Source: Trueperaceae bacterium (GTDB lineage Bacteria > Deinococcota > Deinococci > Deinococcales > Trueperaceae). Taken from it: DNA of 64,000 bases. Where the stretch lies: contig DASVCN010000024.1 in the NCBI GenBank assembly GCA_036381595.1, forward strand, positions 50,324 to 114,323, in the 5' to 3' direction. Made by a program: the position numbers and the translations under genes. Positions within the stretch are counted from its first letter, which is position 1; the number at the start of each line of letters is the position of its first letter. The notes under the pieces are model-generated. The model worked only from the letters and a program-made list of their open reading frames with translations. It was not told the origin of the DNA and made no database searches. Of the stretch, positions 49,003 through 58,549 are shown piece after piece.

Positions 49003-50523
49003 TCAGTGCCTGAAGTGGCGCCTGCCGGTCATCACCATGGCTATCCCGTGTTCGTTCGCGGCGGCTATCACCTCGTCGTCACGAACCGAGCCGCCAGGCT
49101 GGATCACGGCAGCCACGCCGGCCTCCACAGCGGCGTCGAGACCATCCCTGAAGGGGTAGAAGGCGTCGCTGGCGCAAGCTCCGCCCACAGCCCGGCCGGC
49201 CGCCTTAGCGGCAGCGATCTGGGCGGCGTCGACGCGGCTCTGCTGTCCCGCGCCAATGCCCACGGCCACCTCGTCCCGGACCAGCACGATGGCGTTGGAG
49301 GTGGTGCGGGCGCAGACGATCCAGGCGAACTCCAGGTCGCGCCACTGCTCCTCGCTGGGCTGAGCTTCGGTGACCACCCTCCAGGCTGCGCGGTCGATCT
49401 CCACTACGTCAGGCTCTTGAACCAGGAAGCCTCCCCCCACCCGGCGCAACTCCCGCTCCCTCTCCCCGGGAGCGGGTGCGGAGAGTACCCTCATCGCCTT
49501 CCGTTTCGACTTGAGCAGCGCCATAGCGCTCTCGTCGTACCCCGGCGCGATCAGCACGTCGGCCTTCGGATTGGCCATCACCTGCGCCGCGGTGGTCTCG
49601 TCGACCGGCCTGTTCACGGCTACGACTCCTCCGAAGGCGCTCTTGGGATCGGCAGCGAACGCCCTGGAGTAGGCTTCGCCCACCTCCCCCGCCACCGCCG
49701 CTCCGCAAGGATTGGCGTGTTTGACGATCACGCAGGCCGGTCGACGGAACTCGAACACCAGGCGCCACGCCGCCTCGGCATCGAAGACGTTCAGATAGCT
49801 GAGCCCGGCGCCCTTGTGCTGCACGACGCCGTCCCACCAGCCGAGCTTACCGGCCTCGCGGTAGCGAGCCCCCTGTTGGTGCGGATTCTCGCCGTAGCGG
49901 AGCAGTTCGGCGCGCTCGAGCCGCACCGTGAGCCGCTCGGGAAGCGCCTCCCCCGTCCCCTCCAGATAACCGGCTATCGCGCCGTCGTAAGAGGCCGTAT
50001 GCGCGAACGCCTTGCGAGCGAAGGCGCGCCTGGCCTCCGCGCCACCCCCGGGACGGTCCAGCTCCTCGAGCAGTCGCGGATAGTCGGCAGGATCGACGAC
50101 CACCCAGACCCGCTCATGGTTCTTGGCGGCCGCCCTGAGCATCGCCGGGCCCCCGATGTCTATCTGCTCGACCGCTTCGGCGAAGTCGACGCCGGGTCGC
50201 GAGATCGTATCGACGAACGGGTAGAGGTTGACGACGACGACGTCTATCGGCTCGATCCCCCTTTCCTCGAGCTGACTGCGGTGCTCGGGAAGCTCGCGTG
50301 CCAGGAGCCCGGCGTGGATGGCCGGATGGAGGGTCTTGACCCGGCCGTCCAAGATCTCCGGGAAGCCGGTAACGTCGGAGACAGCCTTCACGTCGAGTCC
50401 CGCCTCGCGCAGCGTCCGGTAGGTGCCACCGGTCGAGATCAACGTGAAGCCGGCCTCGCGCAAGCCCTTGGCCAGGGGCACGAGGCCGGTCTTGTCCGAC
50501 ACGCTCAGCAGTGCTACGGGCAT
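49003..50523 (-). CDS. purH: bifunctional AICAR formyltransferase / IMP cyclohydrolase
   Basis: [21 protein letters not shown] (MGS domain), ...KHANPCG..., C-terminal GRRHFRH. Start trimmed to ATG 50523. Confidence 0.93.
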   Translation of the reverse strand: MPVALLSVSDKTGLVPLAKGLREAGFTLISTGGTYRTLREAGLDVKAVSDVTGFPEILDGRVKTLHPAIHAGLLARELPEHRSQLEERGIEPIDVVVVNLYPFVDTISRPGVDFAEAVEQIDIGGPAMLRAAAKNHERVWVVVDPADYPRLLEELDRPGGGAEARRAFARKAFAHTASYDGAIAGYLEGTGEALPERLTVRLERAELLRYGENPHQQGARYREAGKLGWWDGVVQHKGAGLSYLNVFDAEAAWRLVFEFRRPACVIVKHANPCGAAVAGEVGEAYSRAFAADPKSAFGGVVAVNRPVDETTAAQVMANPKADVLIAPGYDESAMALLKSKRKAMRVLSAPAPGERERELRRVGGGFLVQEPDVVEIDRAAWRVVTEAQPSEEQWRDLEFAWIVCARTTSNAIVLVRDEVAVGIGAGQQSRVDAAQIAAAKAAGRAVGGACASDAFYPFRDGLDAAVEAGVAAVIQPGGSVRDDEVIAAANEHGIAMVMTGRRHFRH

Positions 50524-50531
50524 CGCGACCG

Positions 50532-50537
50532 ATAGTA
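50532..50537 (-). promoter_or_regulatory. -10 box TACTAT, 8 nt before purH ATG 50523
   Basis: Minus strand: tgcTACTATcggtcgcgATG. Confidence 0.4.
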
Positions 50538-50588
50538 GCAAAGGCTGGAGCCGTCCAGTGCAGCGCGGAGCGGGCGGTGGTCAGGGAG

Positions 50589-52589
50589 CTACTGTCCCTC
50601 GGTCGCCTCGGTTGCCTCGCCCTCCTGTGCCGGCTCCGTGTCGGCTTCGGCCGGAGCCTCCTCGGCAGCATCCTGCTCGCTGCTCTCGTTGGCTGCGGCC
50701 GCCTCCTCACGCGCCTGGGCCAGCAGGTTCTCCACCTCGATCTCCTCGCGGAGGCCGTCCAGCCACTCGCTCTCGATCTGAGCCCGCTCCTGGGCCAGCA
50801 CCGCCTGCTCGACCTGTTCACGGACCTCGGCCAGCGGACGCACCCGTTCGGGCGTGCGTTCGGCAACCAGCACTACGAACGTCTCCTCGGTCTGCGGCTC
50901 TTCGGCAGCCGCTTCCTCACCCTCCTCGCCGGCGGCGTCGCCCGGCTCCTCTGCTGTCTCCTCCGTTGTCTCCTCTGCGGTCTCCTCCGTGGACTCCTTT
51001 GCAGGTACCTCGGTCTCGAGAACGAGGACGTCGGACACCTCGAGTTCGCTCCCGGGCAGCGGTTCGAAGGCATCGGTGGCGAATAGGGCCCGGTCGAGCG
51101 CCTCCTCCAGCTGACCCTCGCGTACCGTACCCAGGTCAGTGATACTACCGCCCTGCTCCTCGGCCGCGGCCTCGACTTCCGTTCCTTCCAGTACCGACGC
51201 GCGGAACGACTCGGCCGTTTCCTGCGACTCGAACTCCACACGGGTGACGTCGGCCTGAGCCGGAACGACGTAGCGACCGGTGTTCGCCTCGTAGAACTCC
51301 TGAACACGCTCCTCTTCGACGGTTGCGTCGCGGCTCACGTAGTCGCGGGCCTGTTGCGCGACCAGGGCCTCGCTGCCCACGAAGTCGGCATCCAACTGCT
51401 GGGCGCCCAGATAGGCGAGCTTCTGCTCGATGAGGTTCTCCAAGATCGTCGGCTTGAAGAACTCGACGATGAGCGGCGCAAGCTGAGGGTTGAGATTCTG
51501 CTGGATCTGCTGACTGCTGTAGGTTGCGAGGGCTAGCTCCGAGGCCATGATCTCCTCGTCCCCCACTCGAGCCACAGGATAATCCTCGTACTCGAGCTCG
51601 CTGCCCTCTGGGATGGTGATCTGCGCTTCCTGCCGAAGCTCCTCGATGTGCTGCTGCACGACTCCCGCCTGCTTGGCGGCAAGAGCGTCCTCACGAACCT
51701 GATCGGCGACCTCTTCGAACGGACGCGGGCTCTCGGGGACGAACTCCTCCACCTGCACGAGGTAGAAACGACCGCCGCTCTCGATGACGTCGGTGAGCCC
51801 TGGTCCTCGCAGGGAGAACGCTGCGGAGGAGACGGCCTGCGGCAAGGCTGCCCGGCCGACCGGCTCGGGCTCGCTCGAGCCCTGCGGCGCGCCGAGGGCG
51901 CCACCCCTGTCGGCCCACTCCTCGGAGTATTCGCCGGCGAGTTCGGCGAAGCTCTCCCCTGCCCGGACGCGTTGGCGCAGCTCCTCCGCGAGCTCGGCGT
52001 CGTCCACTACGATCGCTCGCGCGACGATACGCTCCTCGCTCTGGTAGAGATCCCGGTTCGCCAGGTAGAAGGTCTCCACCTCGGCGTCCGTGACCTCGAC
52101 GTCTTCGATCAGGTTCTCTTCGTACTTCTGCCTGCGGAGCTGCTCCTCGATGTAGTCGCGGAACTGCTGATCGGTGAAGCCGGCCTGGCCGATGAGCTGC
52201 TTGTACGCCTGATCGTTGCGGCGCCCGGCGACACCTTGAGACTCGCGGAACTCATCGACCCGCTGGCGTACCTCGCGGCCCGACACTCGGGTCCGAGCGG
52301 CCGCCTGGTCTAACAGTTCCTGACGGATCAGCTGGTTGACGAGGAGCAGTTCGAGGTCCTCCCCCACCTGCCCCTCCGTGACCGAGCTGAACAGCGGGTT
52401 CTGCCGCACCCGAGCCACCTCGATGTCGGATATCGTCTCGCCGTTGACGATCAGGGCGGGCTGGCCACCATCTGCGAGGCCGCTGCCCAGGTTGCCGAGG
52501 CTGGGGGTGAAGGTGATGACCATGCCGACCAGCAACCCGATCGAGATGACCCAGAGAATGATGGTGTTGGTCCGCCTGCTGAGCTTCAT
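50589..52589 (-). CDS. periplasmic chaperone / peptidyl-prolyl isomerase, PpiD/SurA-like, with acidic repetitive C-terminus
   Basis: N-terminal membrane anchor, a SurA_N-like region (ALIVNGETISDIEVARV), a parvulin-like segment (GALGAPQGS...GRFYLVQVEEF), and the tail EETAEETTEETAEE. GGAGGA SD. Confidence 0.65.
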   Translation of the reverse strand: MKLSRRTNTIILWVISIGLLVGMVITFTPSLGNLGSGLADGGQPALIVNGETISDIEVARVRQNPLFSSVTEGQVGEDLELLLVNQLIRQELLDQAAARTRVSGREVRQRVDEFRESQGVAGRRNDQAYKQLIGQAGFTDQQFRDYIEEQLRRQKYEENLIEDVEVTDAEVETFYLANRDLYQSEERIVARAIVVDDAELAEELRQRVRAGESFAELAGEYSEEWADRGGALGAPQGSSEPEPVGRAALPQAVSSAAFSLRGPGLTDVIESGGRFYLVQVEEFVPESPRPFEEVADQVREDALAAKQAGVVQQHIEELRQEAQITIPEGSELEYEDYPVARVGDEEIMASELALATYSSQQIQQNLNPQLAPLIVEFFKPTILENLIEQKLAYLGAQQLDADFVGSEALVAQQARDYVSRDATVEEERVQEFYEANTGRYVVPAQADVTRVEFESQETAESFRASVLEGTEVEAAAEEQGGSITDLGTVREGQLEEALDRALFATDAFEPLPGSELEVSDVLVLETEVPAKESTEETAEETTEETAEEPGDAAGEEGEEAAAEEPQTEETFVVLVAERTPERVRPLAEVREQVEQAVLAQERAQIESEWLDGLREEIEVENLLAQAREEAAAANESSEQDAAEEAPAEADTEPAQEGEATEATEGQ
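50956..50991 (-). repeat. 3 x 12-nt coding tandem repeat in the PpiD-like tail
   Basis: + strand: gtctcctccgtt / gtctcctctgcg / gtctcctccgtg, encoding the EETAEETTEETAEE segment of the protein tail. Confidence 0.75.
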
Positions 52590-52884
52590 GCCTTACTCTT
52601 CCTCCTCGGCGCCGCAGGCACCCTTCCGTTTGGGGGCTTCGCGACGGTCGGTGCAGATAACTGGTCGTGACCGGGTCCAGCCAACATGCGAGCGCGCACA
52701 GCGACCCGAGAGTTGCCGAGTGGTACCGGCTTTCTGCCGCTGGCTGGGGTTACGACTGCCGGTCTTCGCCGGCTCGATTCACGCGCAGCAATGTATCACA
52801 GGGCGCCGGTGAGAACGCTTAGGCGGGGCGATCGGGGCGGACCCCGGCGGTCGCTCCAGATGCGACTCCACTGCTCACCCGTGT

Positions 52885-52890
52885 TATACT
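52885..52890 (+). promoter_or_regulatory. -10 box TATACT upstream of tRNA-Arg
   Basis: gtgtTATACTtgcgg, 46 nt before the mature tRNA 5' end. Confidence 0.4.
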
Positions 52891-52936
52891 TGCGGCCGCC
52901 TTCCGGACGGCCCGGCAGCACCGCCGGCCACTTCGC

Positions 52937-53013
52937 GCGCCCGTAGCTCAGTCGGATAGAGCGTTCGCCTCCGGAGCGAAAGGCCGCAGGTTCGAATCCT
53001 GCCGGGCGCACCA
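52937..53013 (+). tRNA. tRNA-Arg (anticodon CCG)
   Basis: Acceptor GCGCCCG/CGGGCGC, D arm GCTC..GAGC, anticodon stem TTCGC/GCGAA with loop CTCCGGA, T loop TTCGAAT, CCA encoded. Confidence 0.92.
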
Positions 53014-53057
53014 CCCGAAATCAGTGAACGATCGAGCCCGCGGTTCGTTCGGGCTCT

Positions 53058-54197
53058 TCACCAGCCCCGGAAGCGAGGCCAGTATCCGAGTTCGCCCGAA
53101 CGGTGGGCCGGCAGGACCTGGTAGCCGTCGAACTGGGCGGCGGTCGCGCAGGCATGGTTCGGGAGGATGCGCAGGAGCGTCCCCACGGGCAGCTCCGGCA
53201 AGCGAGATTCGATGCCCTCCCGTGCTGCGACGATGCCGTGCTCCTGGCTGGTGCTCACGACGATGAGGTCTCCCAGCACCGCACCCTCCAGGTCGCAGAC
53301 GACGCCGTACCCCTGGTCGACCAGCTGGTCGGCAGTTCCTCGATCACGAGAGAGAGCCATCCAGCCCGCGTCCACGACCGTCCAGCCGCGCTCGCGCTGA
53401 TGGCCGATGACGGTCGTGAGCACGGAGATGGCGATGTCATCGAGGGCGCAGACGCCGATGCCGGCCATCACCAGATCGAAGAAGGCGTAGACACCGGCGC
53501 GGACCTCGGTAACGCCGGTGAGGTCACGGGCGAAATGGGCGGTAGGAGTGGAGCCCACGCTCACGACGGGAGCCTGGTGGCCCGCCGCCCTTAGTCGCTC
53601 GGCGGCGGTGACGGCGGCCCGGCGTTCGCGTTCGGCGAACGCTGCCAGGGCTTCGGCACCGACTGCATGGTAGCTCTCCCCGGCATGGGTGACGACCCCG
53701 CGCAGTTCCGCACCCCCGTCCGAGACGACGTTAGCCAGCTCGACGACTTCGGGATCGGCCGGCCGCAAGCCCGATCGGTGACCGTCGCTGTCGATCTCGA
53801 TGAACACGGGGATAGGGTCATCGGACTCACGCGCGGCGCGCGCAACAGCTTGGGCCTGCTCGCGAGAATCCAGCACCACGCTCAGATCGCAGCCTTCCCG
53901 GCGCAGCTTGAGCACCCGAGTCAGTTTCGAGGGTGCTATGCCCACCGCGTAGAGGATGTCGCGCACCCCGGCCCTGGCGAAGACCTCGGCTTCCTTCAGG
54001 GTCGAGACCGTCGCTTTCCCGTCGGTAACGATGCGTTGGGCTGCGTCCACAGACTTCACGGTCTTGAGATGGGGCCGCGAGACGACGCCCAGGCCGGCGA
54101 GGCGTTGGCGAAGCCGCTCGACGTTCCGCAGCATCCGCCCCTCATCGAGGATCAGAGAGGGTGTCGGCAGCGACCGGAGGCTCTCGCTAGGTTCCAC
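53058..54197 (-). CDS. PLP enzyme of the alanine-racemase-N fold, D-threonine aldolase / D-serine dehydratase (DSD1)-like
   Basis: TPSLILDE..., SRPHLKTVKS (PLP-Lys), C-terminal ILPNHACATAAQF. GTG start. Confidence 0.7.
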   Translation of the reverse strand: MEPSESLRSLPTPSLILDEGRMLRNVERLRQRLAGLGVVSRPHLKTVKSVDAAQRIVTDGKATVSTLKEAEVFARAGVRDILYAVGIAPSKLTRVLKLRREGCDLSVVLDSREQAQAVARAARESDDPIPVFIEIDSDGHRSGLRPADPEVVELANVVSDGGAELRGVVTHAGESYHAVGAEALAAFAERERRAAVTAAERLRAAGHQAPVVSVGSTPTAHFARDLTGVTEVRAGVYAFFDLVMAGIGVCALDDIAISVLTTVIGHQRERGWTVVDAGWMALSRDRGTADQLVDQGYGVVCDLEGAVLGDLIVVSTSQEHGIVAAREGIESRLPELPVGTLLRILPNHACATAAQFDGYQVLPAHRSGELGYWPRFRGW

Positions 54198-54275
54198 GCT
54201 GGCGCGAAGGATAACCCGCGTGGCGCGTCGAGCTGGCGTCGGGCGGTTCCACTCACTCGAATCTGGAAGGCGGGC

Positions 54276-55598
54276 TCATCTCGCCGCCACTCCACCGAAG
54301 TAGCGGTTCGGGGTGAACGGCAGGCCCCGCAACAGGCGGACGGCCTGCGCCAGCGGCGCGTCGTAGCCGCGCGCCAGTTCCTCGAGGTCGTTCTTGGCCT
54401 GCACGTCCGGGGTGACGCCCTCCGAGAAGTCGACGCCGCTCGCGCTCACCAGGTTCGCCACGGCCACCATCACGATGCTGCCATCGGGAAGATCGAAGCT
54501 CTGCACCGCCTCGACGTTCCCTCCCGTGGGCTCGCCCACCACGCGCGCGACACCCTGCTCCTGGAGGACCAGGGCGGCCAGCTCGCCGGCGCTGCTGTTG
54601 CTGCTGTCCACCAGGACCGCGACCGGCCCGTCGAAGTGCGCCGGCTCACGCACGAAGCGCCTGAGCAGGACCCGGCCGTGCGGGTCTTCGAGCCACACAG
54701 CGCCGATGCCGTCCTGTACCGCGTAACGCCCTTCCCAGACGATCTCGCCTCGACTCGTCGCCCGCGCCCAGTTGCCCTCGACGAAGGCGCCCACGGTGAG
54801 ACCCAACTCACCTATGCGCCCCCCGGGATTGCCACGCAGGTCGAGGATGAGGCTCGTCATCCCCTCTTCCTTCAGCTGGGCGACCAGCTCGTGTACCCTC
54901 TCGCCCACGTCCATCCGATTGAAACTGGGCAGGTAGATGTAGCCGAGATGCTCGGCCAGCATCTCGCCCTGCGGCATGTCGCGGGCCAGTTCGACGGGGA
55001 ACGGCATCGGAGTCAGCTCCAGTCGCAGGCGCACACCGCCCCGCAGCAGTTCGAACTCGGCGGTCTGCCGCTGGCTGGCCGACGCGAGAAGTCGCCAGAC
55101 GAGCGGCGTGGGCAACGAGCCACTAAGGTCCCTCCCGTCCAGCGCCACGATCAGGTCGCCCCGGCGGAGGCCCGCCTCGTCGGCGGCGCTGCCCGGGAAC
55201 ACCCTCTCGACCACCAGACCGCTGCCCCTCAGCAACCGCGCCTGGAAGCCGAAGCGCGACTCATCGCCGGCGCCCAGCTCGGCACCCTCCGCGAACGACA
55301 GCCTGCCCAGCCATACCGAGTGCTCGTCACCGAGCGAGCGGACCATCTGTGAAAGGACCAGGTCGAACGCCTCACGGCTGCCGGCCGAGAGCGCGCGCTC
55401 GCGGTAACGGTCGGCCCACTCGTCCCAGTCCCGATAACCAGGATCCCAGTAGTAGCGACTGAAGACCTCCACCAGCGCCTCGAAGGTCCGGCTCCGTTCG
55501 GCCCGCGCGCTCGCCTGCCCCACCTGGGCGGCGGCGAACGGCAGGGCGAGCGCCACGAATGTGGCCAGGAGCGGCAGTAACCGCGACCGAGGTGTCAC
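54276..55598 (-). CDS. S41-family C-terminal processing peptidase with PDZ domain
   Basis: LILDLRGNPGGR, SSNSSAGELAA (Ser nucleophile) and PDZ-like GLRRGDLIVALDG. Start set to GTG 55598, preceded by TACACT and 6 nt. The signal peptide follows. Confidence 0.82.
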   Translation of the reverse strand: MTPRSRLLPLLATFVALALPFAAAQVGQASARAERSRTFEALVEVFSRYYWDPGYRDWDEWADRYRERALSAGSREAFDLVLSQMVRSLGDEHSVWLGRLSFAEGAELGAGDESRFGFQARLLRGSGLVVERVFPGSAADEAGLRRGDLIVALDGRDLSGSLPTPLVWRLLASASQRQTAEFELLRGGVRLRLELTPMPFPVELARDMPQGEMLAEHLGYIYLPSFNRMDVGERVHELVAQLKEEGMTSLILDLRGNPGGRIGELGLTVGAFVEGNWARATSRGEIVWEGRYAVQDGIGAVWLEDPHGRVLLRRFVREPAHFDGPVAVLVDSSNSSAGELAALVLQEQGVARVVGEPTGGNVEAVQSFDLPDGSIVMVAVANLVSASGVDFSEGVTPDVQAKNDLEELARGYDAPLAQAVRLLRGLPFTPNRYFGGVAAR

Positions 55599-55604
55599 GA
55601 AGCC

Positions 55605-55610
55605 AGTGTA
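55605..55610 (-). promoter_or_regulatory. -10 box TACACT, 6 nt before S41 peptidase GTG 55598 (leaderless geometry)
   Basis: Minus strand: gacTACACTggcttcGTG. Confidence 0.4.
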
Positions 55611-55659
55611 GTCGCGCCCAGGAGGGCCGAAGGTGACGTGAGGCGAGGTAGCGGCGCCG

Positions 55660-56187
55660 CTACCACACAGGCAGCGTCTCGTGTTCGGAACGAAGCCAGG
55701 GCGATTCAACGATCAACCCCTCGCCGCCGAAGAGTTCCACCTCTTCCCCCTCGATCAGGAGGACCACGCCATCCACGTCGGCGGGCTGAGTGAGCGTGTA
55801 GAAGAGCTGGAACAAGCGGCCCTGCATCGCGGCGCTGCCACCCCCCATCTCGAACTCCCGGGAGAGGTCGACGCTCACGATCCCGTCGTCGAACCGTACG
55901 TCGTTGACGACGGTAGCCGCGGGCACGACGCTGCTGAGCCCCCGCGCCCGCTCGGCCTCGCTGGGCCCCTGGGCCAGCATCCGCACTGCATCCCGCGCTC
56001 TCTCCTCGGGCGCGTCGGACCTGCTCATCCGGCCCACGGGTTCCAGGTGGAAGGAGTTCGGATCGACGGCGACGAAGTAGACAAGGGTGTCGGGCAGTCG
56101 GCGCATGGTCTGGATGGTCAGCACCGCAGCCAGGACCAGCAGAAGCAGGACCGCCAGAGCAACGACCCGCAGGACGACGGTCCTCAC
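55660..56187 (-). CDS. GerMN-domain protein with N-terminal membrane anchor
   Basis: AVRMLAQGPSEAERARGLSSVVP..., IVSVDLSREF, QLFYTLTQ..., VVLLIEGEEV. Start proposed at GTG 56187, after a GGAG-containing gap. The track start TTG 56223 would overlap the TPR gene. Confidence 0.7.
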   Translation of the reverse strand: MRTVVLRVVALAVLLLLVLAAVLTIQTMRRLPDTLVYFVAVDPNSFHLEPVGRMSRSDAPEERARDAVRMLAQGPSEAERARGLSSVVPAATVVNDVRFDDGIVSVDLSREFEMGGGSAAMQGRLFQLFYTLTQPADVDGVVLLIEGEEVELFGGEGLIVESPWLRSEHETLPVW

Positions 56188-56206
56188 GATCCCACTCCGC
56201 GGCTCT

Positions 56207-57619
56207 TCAACCGTCGCCGCCAACGGCGCCCTGCTCCTGCGCCAACCGGGCCGCTTCTTCGGCGAAGAAGGCGTAGTCGCCGTTCCCGGGCTCGAGCTCC
56301 GAGGCTCGGCCGTACGCCTCGGCCGCCTGCCGGTACTCGCCTCGGGTGAAGTAGAGGCGGCCCAACCAGCCCCAGGCCGTGGCGAACTGAGGGTTCGCCT
56401 CCACGGCCCGGCGGAAACCCGACTCGGCCTCCTCGAACTGGGCCATCTGGTAGTGCCTCACAGCGTCGGCGAAGGCGATGCCCGCCTCGCTGCCGAACTC
56501 GATCTGCTGCCTTGCCACCTCGAGGAAGTAACTCGCCTCCTCGTCGGCCGGCCTCCGCTCGAGCACCTCTTGCCAGTAGCGAACGGCAGCCTCAGGATCC
56601 CCCGACGCCTGGCTGGCGCGCGCCGCCCAGACCCACGCCTCGGTCATCTGCGGGTTGGCCTCGATAGCGCGCTCGAACGCTTGGGCGGCGGCCGCTGCGT
56701 CTCCTCGGGCGTAAGCGGTCTGCCCCTCCATGAACGCCCGGCCCGCCTCGACACCCCAGAGGGCCTGCATGTGGGCGACGTCGAGGAAGTATTTCGCTGC
56801 CGCGTCACCCGGTCGAAGTTCGAGGACCCGCTCCCAGTAGTCGGCGGCGGTTGCCGGGCGACCGAGTTCGAGGGCGGTGCGGCCGGCCCATGAGGCGGCG
56901 TCGACGAAAGTGTCGTTCAGCCGGACAGCCCGGGCGAACGATTCGAAGGCGTCGAGGACGCGCTCCTCCTCGTAGGCCGAGAGGCCCTCACGGTAGGCGC
57001 GGCTTGCCGCCTCTCCCACCCGCTCCCGCTCCGAGATCAGGGTCAGGTAGTAGCTGGCCGTGTCGTGCCCGGGATCTATCGCCAACAGCCGCTCGAAGTA
57101 GCTGCGCGCCGCCTCCGGCTGATCCAGCTCGAGATTGATGCGCCCCAGCCAGTAAAGCGCTTCGGCGTTCTCCGGTACCTCTCTGATGACCGCCTGGTAG
57201 TAACCCAGGGCCGCGGCCAGGTTCCCCGAGCGGTAGCGCGAGTAGCCGAGCTGATTGCCTGCCTCGGCGAACGCCTGGGCCGGCGGCGGACCCTCGTCAT
57301 CGGGTTGCGGTTCGAGCGTGCCGCCCGCCTGAAGGTACCGGTTCCAGGCTTCGAAGGCGCGCACGTACCAGTTCACTTCGCTGTAGGTCGTCGCCAGCAG
57401 CCGCTGTGCTTCGAGGTTGTTCGGCTCGAGCACCAGCGCGCGCCGGGTCAGATCCAGAGCGCGGGCCCAGAAGCGCCGGTCGGGGGTATGGATGTCGTAG
57501 GTCGCCCTGGCCTCGCGGGCCGAAGCCCTCGCTTCGGTGAGCAGCTCCTGCACGCTCGACTGCGACCAGGCGATGCCGGCGACGCCGAATAACAGCAGTG
57601 CCAGCCACACTCTAGGCAT
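56207..57619 (-). CDS. exported tetratricopeptide-repeat protein
   Basis: Signal peptide MPRVWLALLLFGVAGIAWSQ and at least 9 TPR-like 34-aa units (A..Y...L...P....A...LG). Confidence 0.75.
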   Translation of the reverse strand: MPRVWLALLLFGVAGIAWSQSSVQELLTEARASAREARATYDIHTPDRRFWARALDLTRRALVLEPNNLEAQRLLATTYSEVNWYVRAFEAWNRYLQAGGTLEPQPDDEGPPPAQAFAEAGNQLGYSRYRSGNLAAALGYYQAVIREVPENAEALYWLGRINLELDQPEAARSYFERLLAIDPGHDTASYYLTLISERERVGEAASRAYREGLSAYEEERVLDAFESFARAVRLNDTFVDAASWAGRTALELGRPATAADYWERVLELRPGDAAAKYFLDVAHMQALWGVEAGRAFMEGQTAYARGDAAAAAQAFERAIEANPQMTEAWVWAARASQASGDPEAAVRYWQEVLERRPADEEASYFLEVARQQIEFGSEAGIAFADAVRHYQMAQFEEAESGFRRAVEANPQFATAWGWLGRLYFTRGEYRQAAEAYGRASELEPGNGDYAFFAEEAARLAQEQGAVGGDG

Positions 57620-57625
57620 GGTTCG

Positions 57626-57631
57626 AGTCTA
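57626..57631 (-). promoter_or_regulatory. -10 box TAGACT, 6 nt before TPR-protein ATG 57619 (leaderless geometry)
   Basis: Minus strand: tgcTAGACTcgaaccATG. Confidence 0.45.
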
Positions 57632-57713
57632 GCACCGGCCCACCAGTGGTCACGGGGCATGCCTGCCGAGCCCTCAGGCGCCGGGTCGGCACCGCGTCGC
57701 CATGCCAGCTGGA

Positions 57714-58373
57714 CTACTCGCGGGCGATGCCGAACCTCTCGATCGATCGCCTGAGCACAGGCAGGTCGATGAACTCGTCCAGGCGGAGTGCATCCTCCGA
57801 GTCGAAGGCGGTACTGTTACGCGAGCCGAACTTCACCTGCATGGTGAAGTGACTGTCGAGCGCCACAGCCGAATCGACTGCTCCCGGTGCGTTCGATCCT
57901 TCTCTCACGAGCCAGGCGTGGAAGAGCAGAGGCATCCACTCATCCAGTTCGGGGGCGCTCCCTTCGATCACTTCCCGCAGGACGCCAGTGATCCTGGTCT
58001 TCTCGGGATGAGGCACGCAGACGCGCTGGAGATGCCGACCGCCTCTACCTGCGGCGCTGATTGGGGTAGCTATGACCGTGGCTTGCGCTTCACCGGCGGC
58101 ACAAGGGTCGACCTCGCCGGGATCGGGCAGGAACGCTACTACCCGCAGGACATTGGGCGGGCCCTGCATCGGATGCTGGTCGAGGAAAGCGCTGATGCCT
58201 CCGCGTCCATAGATGAGGTGGAATGTCGTCGCGTCGTCGGGGATCTCGATCTCGACGGCTACGGCCTGATCGAACAGGTCGAGGACGTCCCTGGTCGTTA
58301 CAGCACTGCGCACTACACCTTCTGCTAACGAGTGCGCCGTCAACAGCAGAGCGAACACCATAATGAGTCGCAT
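57714..58373 (-). CDS. hypothetical exported protein (219 aa)
   Basis: Start trimmed to ATG 58373 ([19 protein letters not shown]), with GGAGG 6 nt upstream. No motif recognised. The + strand ORF 57702..58328 is judged a shadow. Confidence 0.55.
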   Translation of the reverse strand: MRLIMVFALLLTAHSLAEGVVRSAVTTRDVLDLFDQAVAVEIEIPDDATTFHLIYGRGGISAFLDQHPMQGPPNVLRVVAFLPDPGEVDPCAAGEAQATVIATPISAAGRGGRHLQRVCVPHPEKTRITGVLREVIEGSAPELDEWMPLLFHAWLVREGSNAPGAVDSAVALDSHFTMQVKFGSRNSTAFDSEDALRLDEFIDLPVLRRSIERFGIARE

Positions 58374-58549
58374 CGGTACCTCCGTTTCGGTGCCGGATGC
58401 TACCATCCCATCCGGTTCGTAGGCGCGGTATGTTCCGAGTCGAGGACCGACTCGAGCCTCACGAGGACTTGCTCGTCGTCCAACCTGACCTTGCGCCTCC
58501 CGGGTCCACTCGGTACGGTAGTGGGCGGCTTCCGAGGGGGCTCAGAGTT

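Noticed and set aside
52714-52790. tRNA-like fragment (GCCGAGTGGTACCGGC ... GGCTCGATTCAC).
   Set aside because: No acceptor stem, no anticodon arm and no canonical T-arm pairing could be drawn. At best it is a decayed remnant. It is mentioned only within the finding on the unassigned region.
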